A DNA stretch of 64,000 nt from contig OX597828.1 of NCBI GenBank assembly GCA_951406725.2, forward strand, positions 62,558,001 through 62,622,000, read 5' to 3'. The notes beneath the pieces are model-generated. The model did no database searches. It was given only the letters and a program-made list of their open reading frames with translations, and was not told where the DNA came from. The position numbers and the translations under genes were made by a program. Positions 11,886 through 23,483 of the stretch are shown here, piece by piece; within the stretch, counting starts at the first letter, position 1; each line of letters begins with the position of its first letter. The DNA comes from Octopus vulgaris (Eukaryota).

Positions 11886-13918
11886 TATCATCATCGTTTG
11901 GTGTTATGCTAAGAGGCAGTGCACACTCCCAAAACTATTTTGACTCTAGTGAAACTGTTCTGATCACATTTAGTGAAATATTACTATCGATTGCTTCATT
12001 TTTTGAAATGTTTTGACTGAGGAAGGTTTACGTAATGGATGCATTTCCTATTAAATATTACTCAAACTTGAAACATACATATTAAATGATTTCAAAATAG
12101 CAGTATTTGGTATGACTTCATTATTACAACCTACACACACTCACATGCTCAATGGACCTTTATCAGTTTCCATCTATGAAATTCACTCACCAAGCTTTGG
12201 TCATTCTGAGACTATAGTAGAAGATACTTGCCCAAGATGTCACATTGTAGGACTGAACCCAGAATCATTTGGTTAAGAAGCAAACTCCTTGACCACACAA
12301 CCACCAAATTCCACATGATAAAACCTCCACCAAATCAATGTTAGCCATTCTGACAAGATTGGAGGTCTTACAGAGGAATGACCAATTTGCCAAAACAGTT
12401 TTTCTGAGACTACATTCTACAGCTGGGTGCTCTTCCAGTCACCAACTCTTTCAGTTACCTCTTATTAACATACAGTGTAAAGGAAAATACTCATGATAAC
12501 TCCCTTAGATGGATCTCGTCTACATATTTCTTTTTTTCCCTATAAGGATGGTTGGGCAGTCAGGGATTAATCTTGACCTTATTAGTTCCCTAACTGAATT
12601 AGTCTCTAATTACCTTCCTCATTAGATAATCAATTCATTGAAGTTAATATGCCCTTACCCTGTGTTGTAGGTTCACTACACCTATTAGTAATTAATAACT
12701 GGTTAGTTTCATTTCACTGCATTAATTGCATTATTTAATTAGCATTTCATTAGCTTGTAGCCAGTAATTAGTTTGGTATTAGTTAATGCTGGATTAGCAT
12801 CAAGTTGCAGAGTAAATTATTATTGGCAATAATGAGTGAATTAGATTAACAGTTGATGCTCTGGCCAGTTGGGTGTACTTAATTAATGACTCGTTTACTT
12901 CTAGTTAATTATTAATTGATTTATGGTTACGAGTTCATTTCTTCTCACTTTCATCTCTCATTAAACTTTCTTGTTAATCCCCCCCTTCTCTCTCTCTCTC
13001 TCTCTCTCTCCCTATGTACAAAGCCTGTAGGTTCTGCAATTATGGTCCTCTATGCCAAAGTCCGGAGATTCCTGATTTTTTTGGAGAAAGATAAAGTCAT
13101 GGTCTGCCAGTTCATTTACCATTTACTCTGAGAGTCTCCCAAGCTCACCTTTGAGGCATTGGACCTTTTAACCTCTTAAGCAGTGAAACTGGTCAATATG
13201 GCATCAGTAGATATCCACACACTGGTGGACCCTTGTGCCACATGTCTTGAGATCAGCCCTCCTCCATGTTCTTTGTCTCTTTGCGACAGGATAATCTTCT
13301 GCTTTTGAATTTGGTTTGCATGATTCTTGATGTGAAATCAGGATTTGAAACAAATTCTATTTTGTATCTTGGCTGGGTGGGGTTATTGTGCCACATATAT
13401 GCACTGGTTCTATTTCACTTCTTTTGATTAATATTATTAGTCAATTAGTTAACCATTTAAGGAATTGAATGACTGTTGTTGATGAGGTTGTGAATGGCAG
13501 AAAAAGTAATTGATTGGTAGGCCGAACAATTAATCAAACAATTGATTAATTAATCAGTTAAATGGTGAACTAGTTAACTAATAATAATAAGAAGAAGAAG
13601 AAGATGAAGAATCATCCCAAAAATACAACAAAATCTTATGTTCTTTCTCTCATAACTGGATGTCTTTTACTGGCACTGCCACCCTGGGCCTGAGTGGACT
13701 TGGAAGTAATGGTGACTAAGAAGTGACTCCAATACCCCACAACCCCTGTGTTTAATGCTTTGCCAGAGACACCTCATTAGTTACCACATGGTAACAAGAT
13801 AGAGGGTCAACCTCCCAAGCAAAAGGCAGCAAGTTCATATCACAAGCAAGGTACTTACCTTGTGGACTGGGTCCTTTGCTTGTAAAATCTAGTTTGGTGT
13901 GGTTTCCACTGCTCGATG

Positions 13919-14082
13919 CACTGGCGTAGCTAGAGTATGTGCTGCCTGGGCCGGCCCTTCTGTTTGCTGCCCTCAGACCCCACAAAAACATACTGCCTAC
14001 AGCAGACCCAAAAGTGATGCACCTTTAAAAGTTCCACGCAGTACAGACCACCCCTACTGCCCCCCACCAAGCTATGCTAGTG
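13919..14082. mobile_element. hAT MITE nested in an RTE tail
   Basis: TIRs CACTGGCGTAGCT / AGCTATGCTAGTG. The 8-bp TSD GCTCGATG / GCTGGATA duplicates the GCTGGATG word of the host RTE tail, which resumes as CCCTTCCTAACACCAACC. Confidence 0.75.
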
Positions 14083-14437
14083 GCTGGATACCCTTCCTAA
14101 CACCAACCACTTTGCAGAGTGGGGACTGGGTGCGGCACTAGAAAGCTTGTGCCCTCAGCAGAACTAATTGTGCTCACACACACACACACACACACACATG
14201 AAGTTCACTTAGCAACCACACAATGTGGGGTCCACTTGTCCTGTGTTCTGTGGATGCTGTTAGTTGCTATCCTCCATTATAGCCTTGGGTTGGTCGATAT
14301 CTTAGGGGTGAAGTTTGACACATAAATACTGGAAGAAGCCTGTTGTGTACGCACACGTACATGTGTGTATACACTCATACATAATGCATAACTATTTTGC
14401 TGCAGATATACATATATGTTAATGATACAGCAGCATT

Positions 14438-14610
14438 ATCATCATCCTCATCGTCATTGTTTAACACCTGTTTTCCATACTGGCATGGGTTGGACAGTTT
14501 TGACAGGATTTGACCAGTCAGAGGGTTGACAGTTGTGCCAGACTTCATGGTTTCTACAGCTGGATGCCCTTCCTAACATCAACCAATTGACCGAGTGGAC
14601 TGGTTCCTTC
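14438..14610 (-). mobile_element. RTE LINE 3' tail ~110 bp upstream of the SOBP exon acceptor
   Basis: TTTAACACCTGTTTTCCATACTGGCATGGGTTGGAC...GCTGGATGCCCTTCCTAAC. Confidence 0.75.
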
Positions 14611-14722
14611 TCGGTTTCTTTCTTTTTCCCCACCGTGGCATCATCACTGGTGAGGTTCCATATGTACAATAACCAAAACCTCAATTACCATTTCCACTCT
14701 TTGCATTTTGTTGCTGTTTCAG

Positions 14723-14924
14723 GATTATGCCGAAACGACCATGAATGAGCTTTTAGGAATGTACGGATATGACAAGGTCAGTCACCAGGAAACGCAGAAC
14801 CTGAATCTCGAACGCTACACTGCATCGTCAACGCCTGACACTTCCATCCAAGGAATGGATGATTGTCATGGCGACAGTGATGATGAAAGTTCCGATGCTC
14901 CCAGCATAGGAGCCGAAAGGAAAA
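14723..14924 (+). CDS. SOBP: Internal coding exon of a Sine oculis-binding protein homolog (FCS zinc-finger nuclear cofactor)
   Basis: Polypyrimidine tract ..TTGTTGCTGTTTCAG| acceptor; open phase-0 frame DYAETTMNELLGMYGYDKVSHQETQNLNLERY...AERK; donor A|GTAAGT (phase 1). Resembles the SOBP motif NFAENTMNELLGWYGYDKV as recalled from the vertebrate protein. Confidence 0.88.
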
Positions 14925-15767
14925 GTAAGTGAGAATTTTTGTTGCTTCTTCTGTGTTATGTCTTCCTTTCTTCCTCTCTGTCATTTGCATCTATTAACAA
15001 AACTACAAAAACTGAGAGACTGTTCTGCCCTAGCTGGAGCAAAGATCATGTAGGACATTGCTACAACACTGCTAGAACACTACTACAAGACACTAGAGTC
15101 TTAGTCCAACTTCCCAGAACACTGCTGCAACAAATGAAGCATGGACACACACACACACACGCACGCACACACACACACTGAAAGCAATAGCCTGATTAAG
15201 TTACCATTCATCTTAAATAAATCTCAGGGAATAGTGTCTGTTGTAGTGACCAAGTCCACCTTGTCCAGTGTCTGCTGTGGCCACCACAATGATATTCAAC
15301 CCTATATGAACTTATATAAATGTACCTTTTTGTCCACATTAGACTCCAGTATGGCCAATGGTTACAGCTAGTCATTCATTAAAATCCTCAGTTAATGATT
15401 CCAAATTGAATCAAAGATAAAGTTCACACGGAAATGAACTGATGTTAATTGTGTTAATTACTGTTATAAATGTGAACTGCTGTTAAAAATCAATGCTTTA
15501 TGTCTTTGTTAGTTTTTTTTTTTTTTTTTTTTTCTTGTTTGTGGTAACTGAAAGTTCTGAGATGTTTGGCTGAGGGCAGGGCAGGGAATTGTTTTTACAC
15601 CAAAATAAGAATGAAATGTAAAAATGTTAATGGTTTATGATGAACAGAAGAATGTATTGTGAAGGAAAATGAAGTTGTTAAGGTAGAATATAAACAGATT
15701 GTTGTGACATGTGAACAGAACTGTGTTGAGTGTGAACAAGTCGTGGATAAGAAGAGAAAAAAAAATG

Positions 15768-15985
15768 GATTTCAAATTTTGCCACAAAGCCAGCAATTTC
15801 AGGGAGGGGGATAAGTCAATTACATTGAACCCCAGTGATTCACTGGTACTTATTTTATTGAGCCCAAAAGGGATGAAAGGCAAAATTGATGTTGGAAGAA
15901 TTTAAACTCAAAACGTAGAGCTGGACGAAACGCTGCTAAGCATTTTAGCTGGCATGCTAATGATTCTGCCAGCTTTACCAGCTTT
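15768..15985 (-). mobile_element. tRNA-derived SINE, family A
   Basis: Reverse complement of the family A body and head (GATGAAAGGCAAAATTGA..GCTAATGATTCTGCCAGCT). Confidence 0.75.
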
Positions 15986-16879
15986 AATGAGCATAAAAAA
16001 ATATTAATTGGCTACAAAGCACTTACACTTGTTCTTTGATTCTAACTTTATCTTTCGTCCCTTTGTGGTGATGGTGGGGAGGGGGGGTCAATAAGATCAA
16101 GTACCAGTTAAGTACGGGGTGTAAATGCTATCAACAATCCCTTCCCCACAAAATGACTAGCTTTGTGCCTAAATTCATGACCAATCTTTCGGGACTTTGT
16201 TCTTTTGCAGCTGAAACAAAGAAACACCGTTCTTTCATGATCGATGTCAAAACCTAGGAATTTGTCCGTTGTTCTTCCATTATTCTTCCAGCATTTCACT
16301 TGTTATAATGGTGAATATTGTGAACCAAGTTGTTAATGTGAACAGAAGAATTTTAATGTGTGTATGTGAACAGATCTGAGCAGAATGTGAACATGTGAAG
16401 CCTATGGTCTTCTGGAAGAAGTCAACAGCTGAAAGGAAAGCATGAACGGGGGGGGGGGGGAGATTCCAGATAATTGACATTAATTTTGAGCTAGAAGGAC
16501 TGGGGAATTGTGGTTAGTGCAAGTATCATACAAGCAAAAAAAAATCACAGTTGTTGTTATGGTAACAGACAAGTTCTTGTTGTTGCCATGGTAACAGATG
16601 CTCAATGTGTGAGATGATGATGAGAGATGACCACCAAATCAAGTGACCATGAATGGCGATGGAACAAGACCAGCTAGCTCTAAAAAGCAGAGACCATTGT
16701 AGTTGTGGTAGAGACAGACAGAGAGTGGACACAGAAGAATGTTTATAGAGGATGGAGTATGTTCAGGAGGGATTCGTTTTATTTAGTTGGCTGATCCTTT
16801 TGGAGAAGCAGCAATGTCCAGATTGTGCAATGTGTATTCTGTTTGGGGTCAAGCTTCTTTGGACTTTGTATTTATGTGG

Positions 16880-17030
16880 TTACATTGGCCAGACTGGTGT
16901 CCTCATCTTGATTGTTACTTTCACTATCTTTCAACTGTTGCACGCTCCAGCCTTCTTCCGGTGTCTTGTGATTCACTTGAGTGCCTTGCCTGGAATTGAA
17001 CTCAGGGCCTTTATCTACTATGCTATGCCT
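16880..17030 (-). mobile_element. Penelope-like terminus with a degenerate hammerhead
   Basis: Minus strand reads CGGAAGA-AGGCTG..CAGTT-GAAA; core mutated (CUGA>CGGA). Confidence 0.35.
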
Positions 17031-17964
17031 GTAGGCAGTGACAGAGTGAAAGCAACAGTGAAGATAAGGAGGATGCCACTCTGACTGGTGGAAATGGTGT
17101 ACACAATATGAATTCCTCATCTCAGCAATGCAGAAATGGTAGTATTAGAATTTGTTAAGGGTTGGAGTATGTTGGGGCTATGGGGAGGAGCGGTCAGTTT
17201 TTGGGATTCAGTTGTTGCTCTGTTGTGGATGTGAGATCACCAGGACAGGTAATTAGGGACAGAGGGACCTGGCATTTGGAGTAACTTTGAAGATTTTTAG
17301 TTGCCTCTTGTCCTTTCTAAGAGAGCAGTGGAGATTTGGTGTGAGGTGTGTGGGTTGCCTGTGGAATGGTGCTTGGTTGTAGAACAATCTTCAGGAATGG
17401 AGAGTTAGTATCATCTTGGCCAGACAGTGCCCAGTCCTGTCATCATAGCATGGTCATTATCATCACCATCACTACCAACACCATTATCATCATCATCACC
17501 ACTATCATCAGCGTCACAAACTTTGTAGTTGTCATCATCCCCATCATCATCATCATCCACATCATCATCATTATCATCCTTATAGCTAAATCAAGAAAAG
17601 AAGTGCAATGTTAAGCATTAAATCTCTGCTCCCAGTGTAATGCTAGCCCCCCTCCCCCCGCCACTTTGCTCCCCTCCTCTTGGTGCCTCTCTGGTGCCAG
17701 TGTGTAATATGTAAATTACAGAGCAATGATGTATGGCAGTACAAGTAATCACCGTCGACGATGCCGCTCTCTTCGAATAATGGAATATCAATTAAGTGAA
17801 ATGGATCTTGATGGAAATGTCTTTGAGAAATGTTATTAAGACGTTAGTTGTAATTCCAGACTTTGGTACAGGGAACCCACTACTGCAATATCACCACCAC
17901 CACTGGCTTTGGGGCAGTGATCAAAAATTGAAAAAAAAAAATAGCTCAATGAAATATATATGTA

Positions 17965-17999
<35 letters not shown>

Positions 18000-18229
18000 G
18001 TACGTACACACACGCACACACACACACACAAGAACATATATATATATCAAAGAAAAGAAAGGTGACAGCTAGATAGATGGATGGATATTGCGCGCCTTTT
18101 CCTTTTTACATTTTTTTATTTTTTTGTAAATTCAGAAATATCTGGAGAATGTTTGGTTCTGCGTGTATGTTGGCATTTGACAGAATTACTACACATGCGT
18201 CTGTGTGTGCATGTGAGTAATATAGCAAG

Positions 18230-18670
18230 AGTGATGGACCAAGTTATCAAAGTAACAGAGAGCATTATAATAGAACTAATTAGAAAGAGAATTATCTCAG
18301 AAGGGATGCTGGTCGATTTTGTGCCTGAATAAAGGGCCACCAATGCAGTCTCCCCTGTGCAACAATTTATGGGGATAAGTTTTTAGCTAAGAAAACCCCT
18401 TTACCTTGTATTCATTGACCTGGAGAAGGCATTTAACAGGGTGCCACACTCTGTAGTCTGATGCTTACTAAAAAAAAAAAAAAACTATGGCTAGATGAAT
18501 GGGTTGTGAGAACTGCTAACCACAAGCCACACACAGAGGTCCTGTTAGCATGGTAAGAACTAGCTTTAAGTTCAGTAAGAATTTTAGTGTGCAGATGGTG
18601 TTCATTTTGGTTTGGTTCTCAGCCCCAATATTGTCTGTTATAGTTCTCCAGGCTATAAAGAGAGGAGTTT
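18230..18670 (+). mobile_element. RTE reverse-transcriptase remnant
   Basis: MDQVIKVTESII..IRKR, YLVFIDLEKAFNRVP, LDEWVVR and a GVHxG-xVLSP-like motif, with stops and frameshifts. Confidence 0.75.
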
Positions 18671-19901
18671 AAGAATGAAACATCAGCTGGCAATTCAGTT
18701 TATTACTCCTCAGTTTCCATACATCTTGTACACACACACACACATGCACAATCAATCAGGCAATATTTGGTGAATAATTGAGGCTTTTTGTTCACAATGC
18801 ACTTGCTAAACAAATTCTCCTTCATTGTGTGATTGAATATAGGAAAGATTCATGCTGTCTGTTGTTTGCTGCATTACTATGGTGTCAGGGAAAACACACT
18901 GTCCAGATATGTAATCATCATTGAGAGACGGCTACCTCACAAAACTTTGTGAATTTGTTTGCCTTAGATTTAATTTAATAGGCTGTAGATTCTCAGGTCT
19001 AGACACTCTTCAGAAGGAATTTTCTCTGATGATGACACATCAACAATATTTCAGATCTTCATTTAAGTGATATTGTTGGTTTATTCAATATCTGAAATTT
19101 TATAGTTAAATACAACTTCCAGTTTCGGACTTTGTTAAGTGTGTTCTTTGTTTTCATGTGCATGATCCTTAATTTTCTTGACAAACTGGGACAAAAAAAT
19201 AGTTTTCACTGATCAGAATGAATGTAGATGTTGGTAATAATGACTTTTAAAAGTGCTCATGGTCAGTCCTGTGTTATTCCCTAGAGTGCCATCTAAGATG
19301 TTATTGACACAATATTTTACTGCTTTGGAAGTACAAGATTCTGTGAGCAGGTTGGGGGATTTTTGCATTTACAAGTTAGCTGTTGGGGTGGAGATTTTCT
19401 GGGTGTACGTTTTTGGTTAATGTGTGATCTAGGAAGCAATGTTATCCAAGCAGAAATAACCAAACTTAATGTTATTGGTGCAGAAGAGTTTGCTGTGGAA
19501 AATGCCTTATTAGATATATAAAGTTCCTGGTTGTATTAGTAATTACATTCATGTTGGAAGATGAATTAAACCAACATACTTTTTCTTCCCGGATCTTCTA
19601 TGGTGTGCAGGGTGCATCTTGTATACCAGACTCATTGCTAAAGTCACTTCTAGTTAATGCTTCATTGAAAGTAAGGAGCAGCACAGCTAAAGACGTATCC
19701 ATTAGGAGATAAACTCTCCTACTTATTCTTGCAGCAAGACTCCTTATTAAAGCTGGTTCTGTTAAAAGGTATGTGTGTGTGTGTTAGGGCCTTCTGTAGC
19801 GATAGTGGTTTCCTGTGAGTGAATCTGGGTTTTATGTTTGAGGTTTGCTAACTGTTATGTTGAAATCAAACTCATTGAATATTCCTGTTCAATCCTTTCT
19901 G

Positions 19902-19932
<31 letters not shown>

Positions 19933-20491
19933 TTTTTATTATACTACTACTACTGCTGCTACTGCTGCTGACGCCAGCTAGCAGAATCATTAGAGCATTC
20001 TTCGCTGTCATTGTTTTTGTTGTTACTCTCTAGTTTAACCGGGATCAGTTCCAACCAGAGTCATTCTAGCTGTGTGGCAACTGACCCTTTTTAAGGTTAT
20101 CTAGGACCACATAATTTAATGCGTCCTTTAAGTCAGAGCTGTGATATAAAGGTGGTTTGGCTGCTATTTCTTACAGATCAAATGACTGCATAATGGCTAT
20201 CTCATTTCTGTTGTTGTTAGAGGTGACAGATACTCAGGCAGTTGATTGCTTGATAGTGTGGTGGTGGTGGTGGTAGTGGTGGTGACAAGAGAGCTGGGTG
20301 GGGTGGAGTGTTATATGGGATTCAGTGAAAAGATGAGGAAGAATGAATGCCGCTGCACAGCAACTGTTCATTAGAGATGTGATAAAATTTGCACTTTTAT
20401 ATGATCCAGCTGGGGTCAGATTACACCATTGGCTGGAGATAGACACTCAATCTACACACACACACATGTAGATACATATACATATGAATGC

Positions 20492-20524
<33 letters not shown>

Positions 20525-21577
20525 AACACTCACGTACACATACATATGTGTATAGTATATGTATGTGGGTGAGATGGGGAGAAGTGTGTTTCTATTGCCT
20601 CAGGTGTCTGTATCTTTGTCTTCGTTACCACACTCACACACACGTTGATGATGTTTTCTCTGGGAATGTAAATAACAAAACCAATAACAATACTTTTCAT
20701 TTTTATGCATCACTACTCGGAATAGGGTTCGGAACACACCACATGGACCCTCCTTTAGTTGTAGGGGTTGGACCTTTAAAATTGTGTCAAGAGTCACCAG
20801 ACCCACACAACTGTCCATAGATCTTCTTCATTCCCTCTTTCTCTCCCTCTCTTTCTCTCCCTCTCTCTTTCTCTCCCTCTCTCTCTCATCAGCCATCAGC
20901 CACAAAGAATCCTTACCTTAACCTTCCTGCTCCTTTTAGTTTTTGTTATTTCCATTTTCATCAACATTTCAGGTATACTTTACTTAATTCTAATAACCTT
21001 TGCAAAGCTGGTTGGTCTGTGTCCCCTACAACAGCACAAACCCTCTTATACTACAGAGCCACTGTAATAGAAGTACATAGGGGCTGCAACAGACTTTATA
21101 GGTGCAGAGGACCTATACAGACTTTCTGGCAGCACATACAGGACCTGTACCATTCCTTGTAACAGCAGTATGTAAGGCATTGGTCTACGACATTCCTGGT
21201 CACACCTTCTTAACCCTAATTCCTTGCCTTGTACCACAATCATATTTATAAGATCCTTGGAGATATTTATTGATATTTGCACCAACACTCTCTGGAATCA
21301 TCTCTCTGTTTCTAACCACACTGCTATGTGTCAGGGTGTGTTGACCAGGTAGATAGACAAAGGCACTGTATAACCTTCAACTGGGTAGACAGACATTGTG
21401 TGTTGATATTGACTCAACAGGCACATGTAGTGTATGGACACTGCGTAGATGATGTTGACAAATATATCAAATCCAGTGGAGTTTTCTCTCCTAATTTCTT
21501 TCCAACCAAAACGCATGCTCCACTTTCAACTCCAATGTTTTCCTGTCAAACAACACCACATTTCATTACTTTCAGTG

Positions 21578-21624
<47 letters not shown>

Positions 21625-21628
<4 letters not shown>

Positions 21629-21870
21629 GCAAATTAAGAGGAATGACTACCAAAGTGGATTCCTAATATACTAAAAATACACATTAAATCACCTAACCAT
21701 AAAGAGTGTTCTCAAGATAAATTTCAGCAAATGCCAGAATGTAAAAATGAGCAAATGGTGTTTGCTGAAATTTTTCTTGAGAACACACTCTTCGTGGTTA
21801 GGTGATTTAATATCTATTTTTAGCATATTAGGAATCCACTTTGGTGGTCATTCCTCTTAATTTGTATGTA
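21625..21870. repeat. Long inverted repeat (~110-bp arms, ~20-nt spacer)
   Basis: AAATTAAGAGGAATGACTACCAAAGTGGATTCCTAATAT...TTTCAGCAAATGCCA is the reverse complement of TGGTGTTTGCTGAAA...ATATTAGGAATCCACTTTGGTGGTCATTCCTCTTAATTT, with about 10 differences. Confidence 0.9.
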
Positions 21871-21955
21871 TGTATAATTTTTAATATTTGGATTTTTTAA
21901 ATATGCTAAGCCACTGGTTTTGATTAATATCAATTTCTACCCTCATTATTTAATT

Positions 21956-21989
<34 letters not shown>

Positions 21990-22158
21990 AAAGGGATAAA
22001 TGATCCTGGTGGACATCGTATTATCTCGCAAATGGTAGAATAGAGGTGATTATAAGACCAAAATTCAATTGAATATAAAAAGTAATGGTACCACCTTCAA
22101 CTTAATAACCAATGCAGGAAGATTGTTTAAATTAGTTCGCTTTGAAAATGTTGTGACT

Positions 22159-22248
22159 GATGGACCCCTGATGAAATTGCAGTGACCAGGATGCATAATT
22201 GCATACAGAGCAATGTGCAGTCGCTGCATTTGAAGCATATGTCCATCA
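22159..22248 (+). ncRNA. Degenerate hammerhead motif (Penelope-like remnant ~21990-22330)
   Basis: CTGATGA (22168-22174); stem II AATTGCAGTGAC/GTCGCTGCATTT; GAAG (for GAAA); C-ATAT-G-TC palindromic loop III. Stem I GATGGACCC pairs only if a short deletion is assumed. Confidence 0.55.
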
Positions 22249-22392
22249 TTGTTATATAGGCTGTAGAAAACTTCAAAACAAAAAAAAAGTTTTCAATATG
22301 AATAAATTCTCCTTTTCATTCTCAGTTATATATATATCTCTCTATTTTGTATCACATCTAAACTAACTATGACTCAATTTTCCTCTCACACC

Positions 22393-22444
22393 GTCTCTGA
22401 TGAAGGGATATTATTAATTAATATCCTAGAAACAGCTGTAAGAC
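22393..22444 (+). ncRNA. Type I minimal hammerhead ribozyme motif
   Basis: Stem I GTCT/AGAC; CTGATGA (22397-22403); stem II GGGATATTA/TAATATCCT; GAAA (22429-22432); C-AGCT-G palindromic loop III; GUA cleavage site (22438-22440). Confidence 0.8.
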
Positions 22445-22510
22445 CTTCTATCTATAAATGCTCTAATACCTATACAGCCTTGGTTTTTTTATCTTAATAC
22501 ACAAAAAATT

Positions 22511-22553
<43 letters not shown>

Positions 22554-22814
22554 TCAACACACACACATATATATATGCATTAAAATTTATGCTTTTGTAG
22601 TGTGCATGTATATAGATAGATGTATACCGGTTAGGCTTAGAACAAGCAAAACAGAACTCAGAATAATAGTATACACACACACACACTTTGAACATTCCTT
22701 ACACTAACCTAAGCTTTGCAGATCCTGTAAAAGCAATAAAGCTTCCTCTCTCTCTCTCTCCCACATTTTCCTGTTTGTCAACAGTACAGGTGAAAGAGTG
22801 ACCTCTCCTTCCAC

Positions 22815-22989
<175 letters not shown>

Positions 22990-23440
22990 CAGATAACAGT
23001 TCAGGTGAGAAAGAAGCACCTCCAAAGTGTGTGTCTGTGTGTCAGCTTTCTTTTCCAGTGTGTCAACTATTAAAACAGGGTTAGAGAGATACCCCCAACT
23101 TGTCTCTCTCTCTCCTTTTGGGGTCTGATCATCAATGCAGGGAAGACAAGAAGGGGGTGGGGGGGAGATTTCCCAGATATCTTACCTCTCCTCTTCTCCA
23201 GTCTCTTTCCTGCACAGACAGTGAGAGAGGGAGAGAGACTTCCACCCTCTCTATGTCTCTCTCCTTCCACCCCACCCCTCTCCCAATCTGTCAACTCTAG
23301 CATTGGATATTTTGTTGTCTCTGTAAACTGATGCCTTTTCTTTTGTGGCTTTTCAAATCTTCAAATGTGGGTGAGTGCATACATGTGGGTGGGTGGGTGT
23401 GTGTAATGCATATGAGCTTTCTGTTCAGGGTTTTCTTTTT

Positions 23441-23483
<43 letters not shown>

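Noticed and set aside
21110-21150. Minus-strand CMCCQKV resembling the SOBP CAWCQKV finger
   Set aside because: Wrong strand relative to the SOBP exon, stop codon shortly after, no FCS motif; more likely decayed TE sequence.
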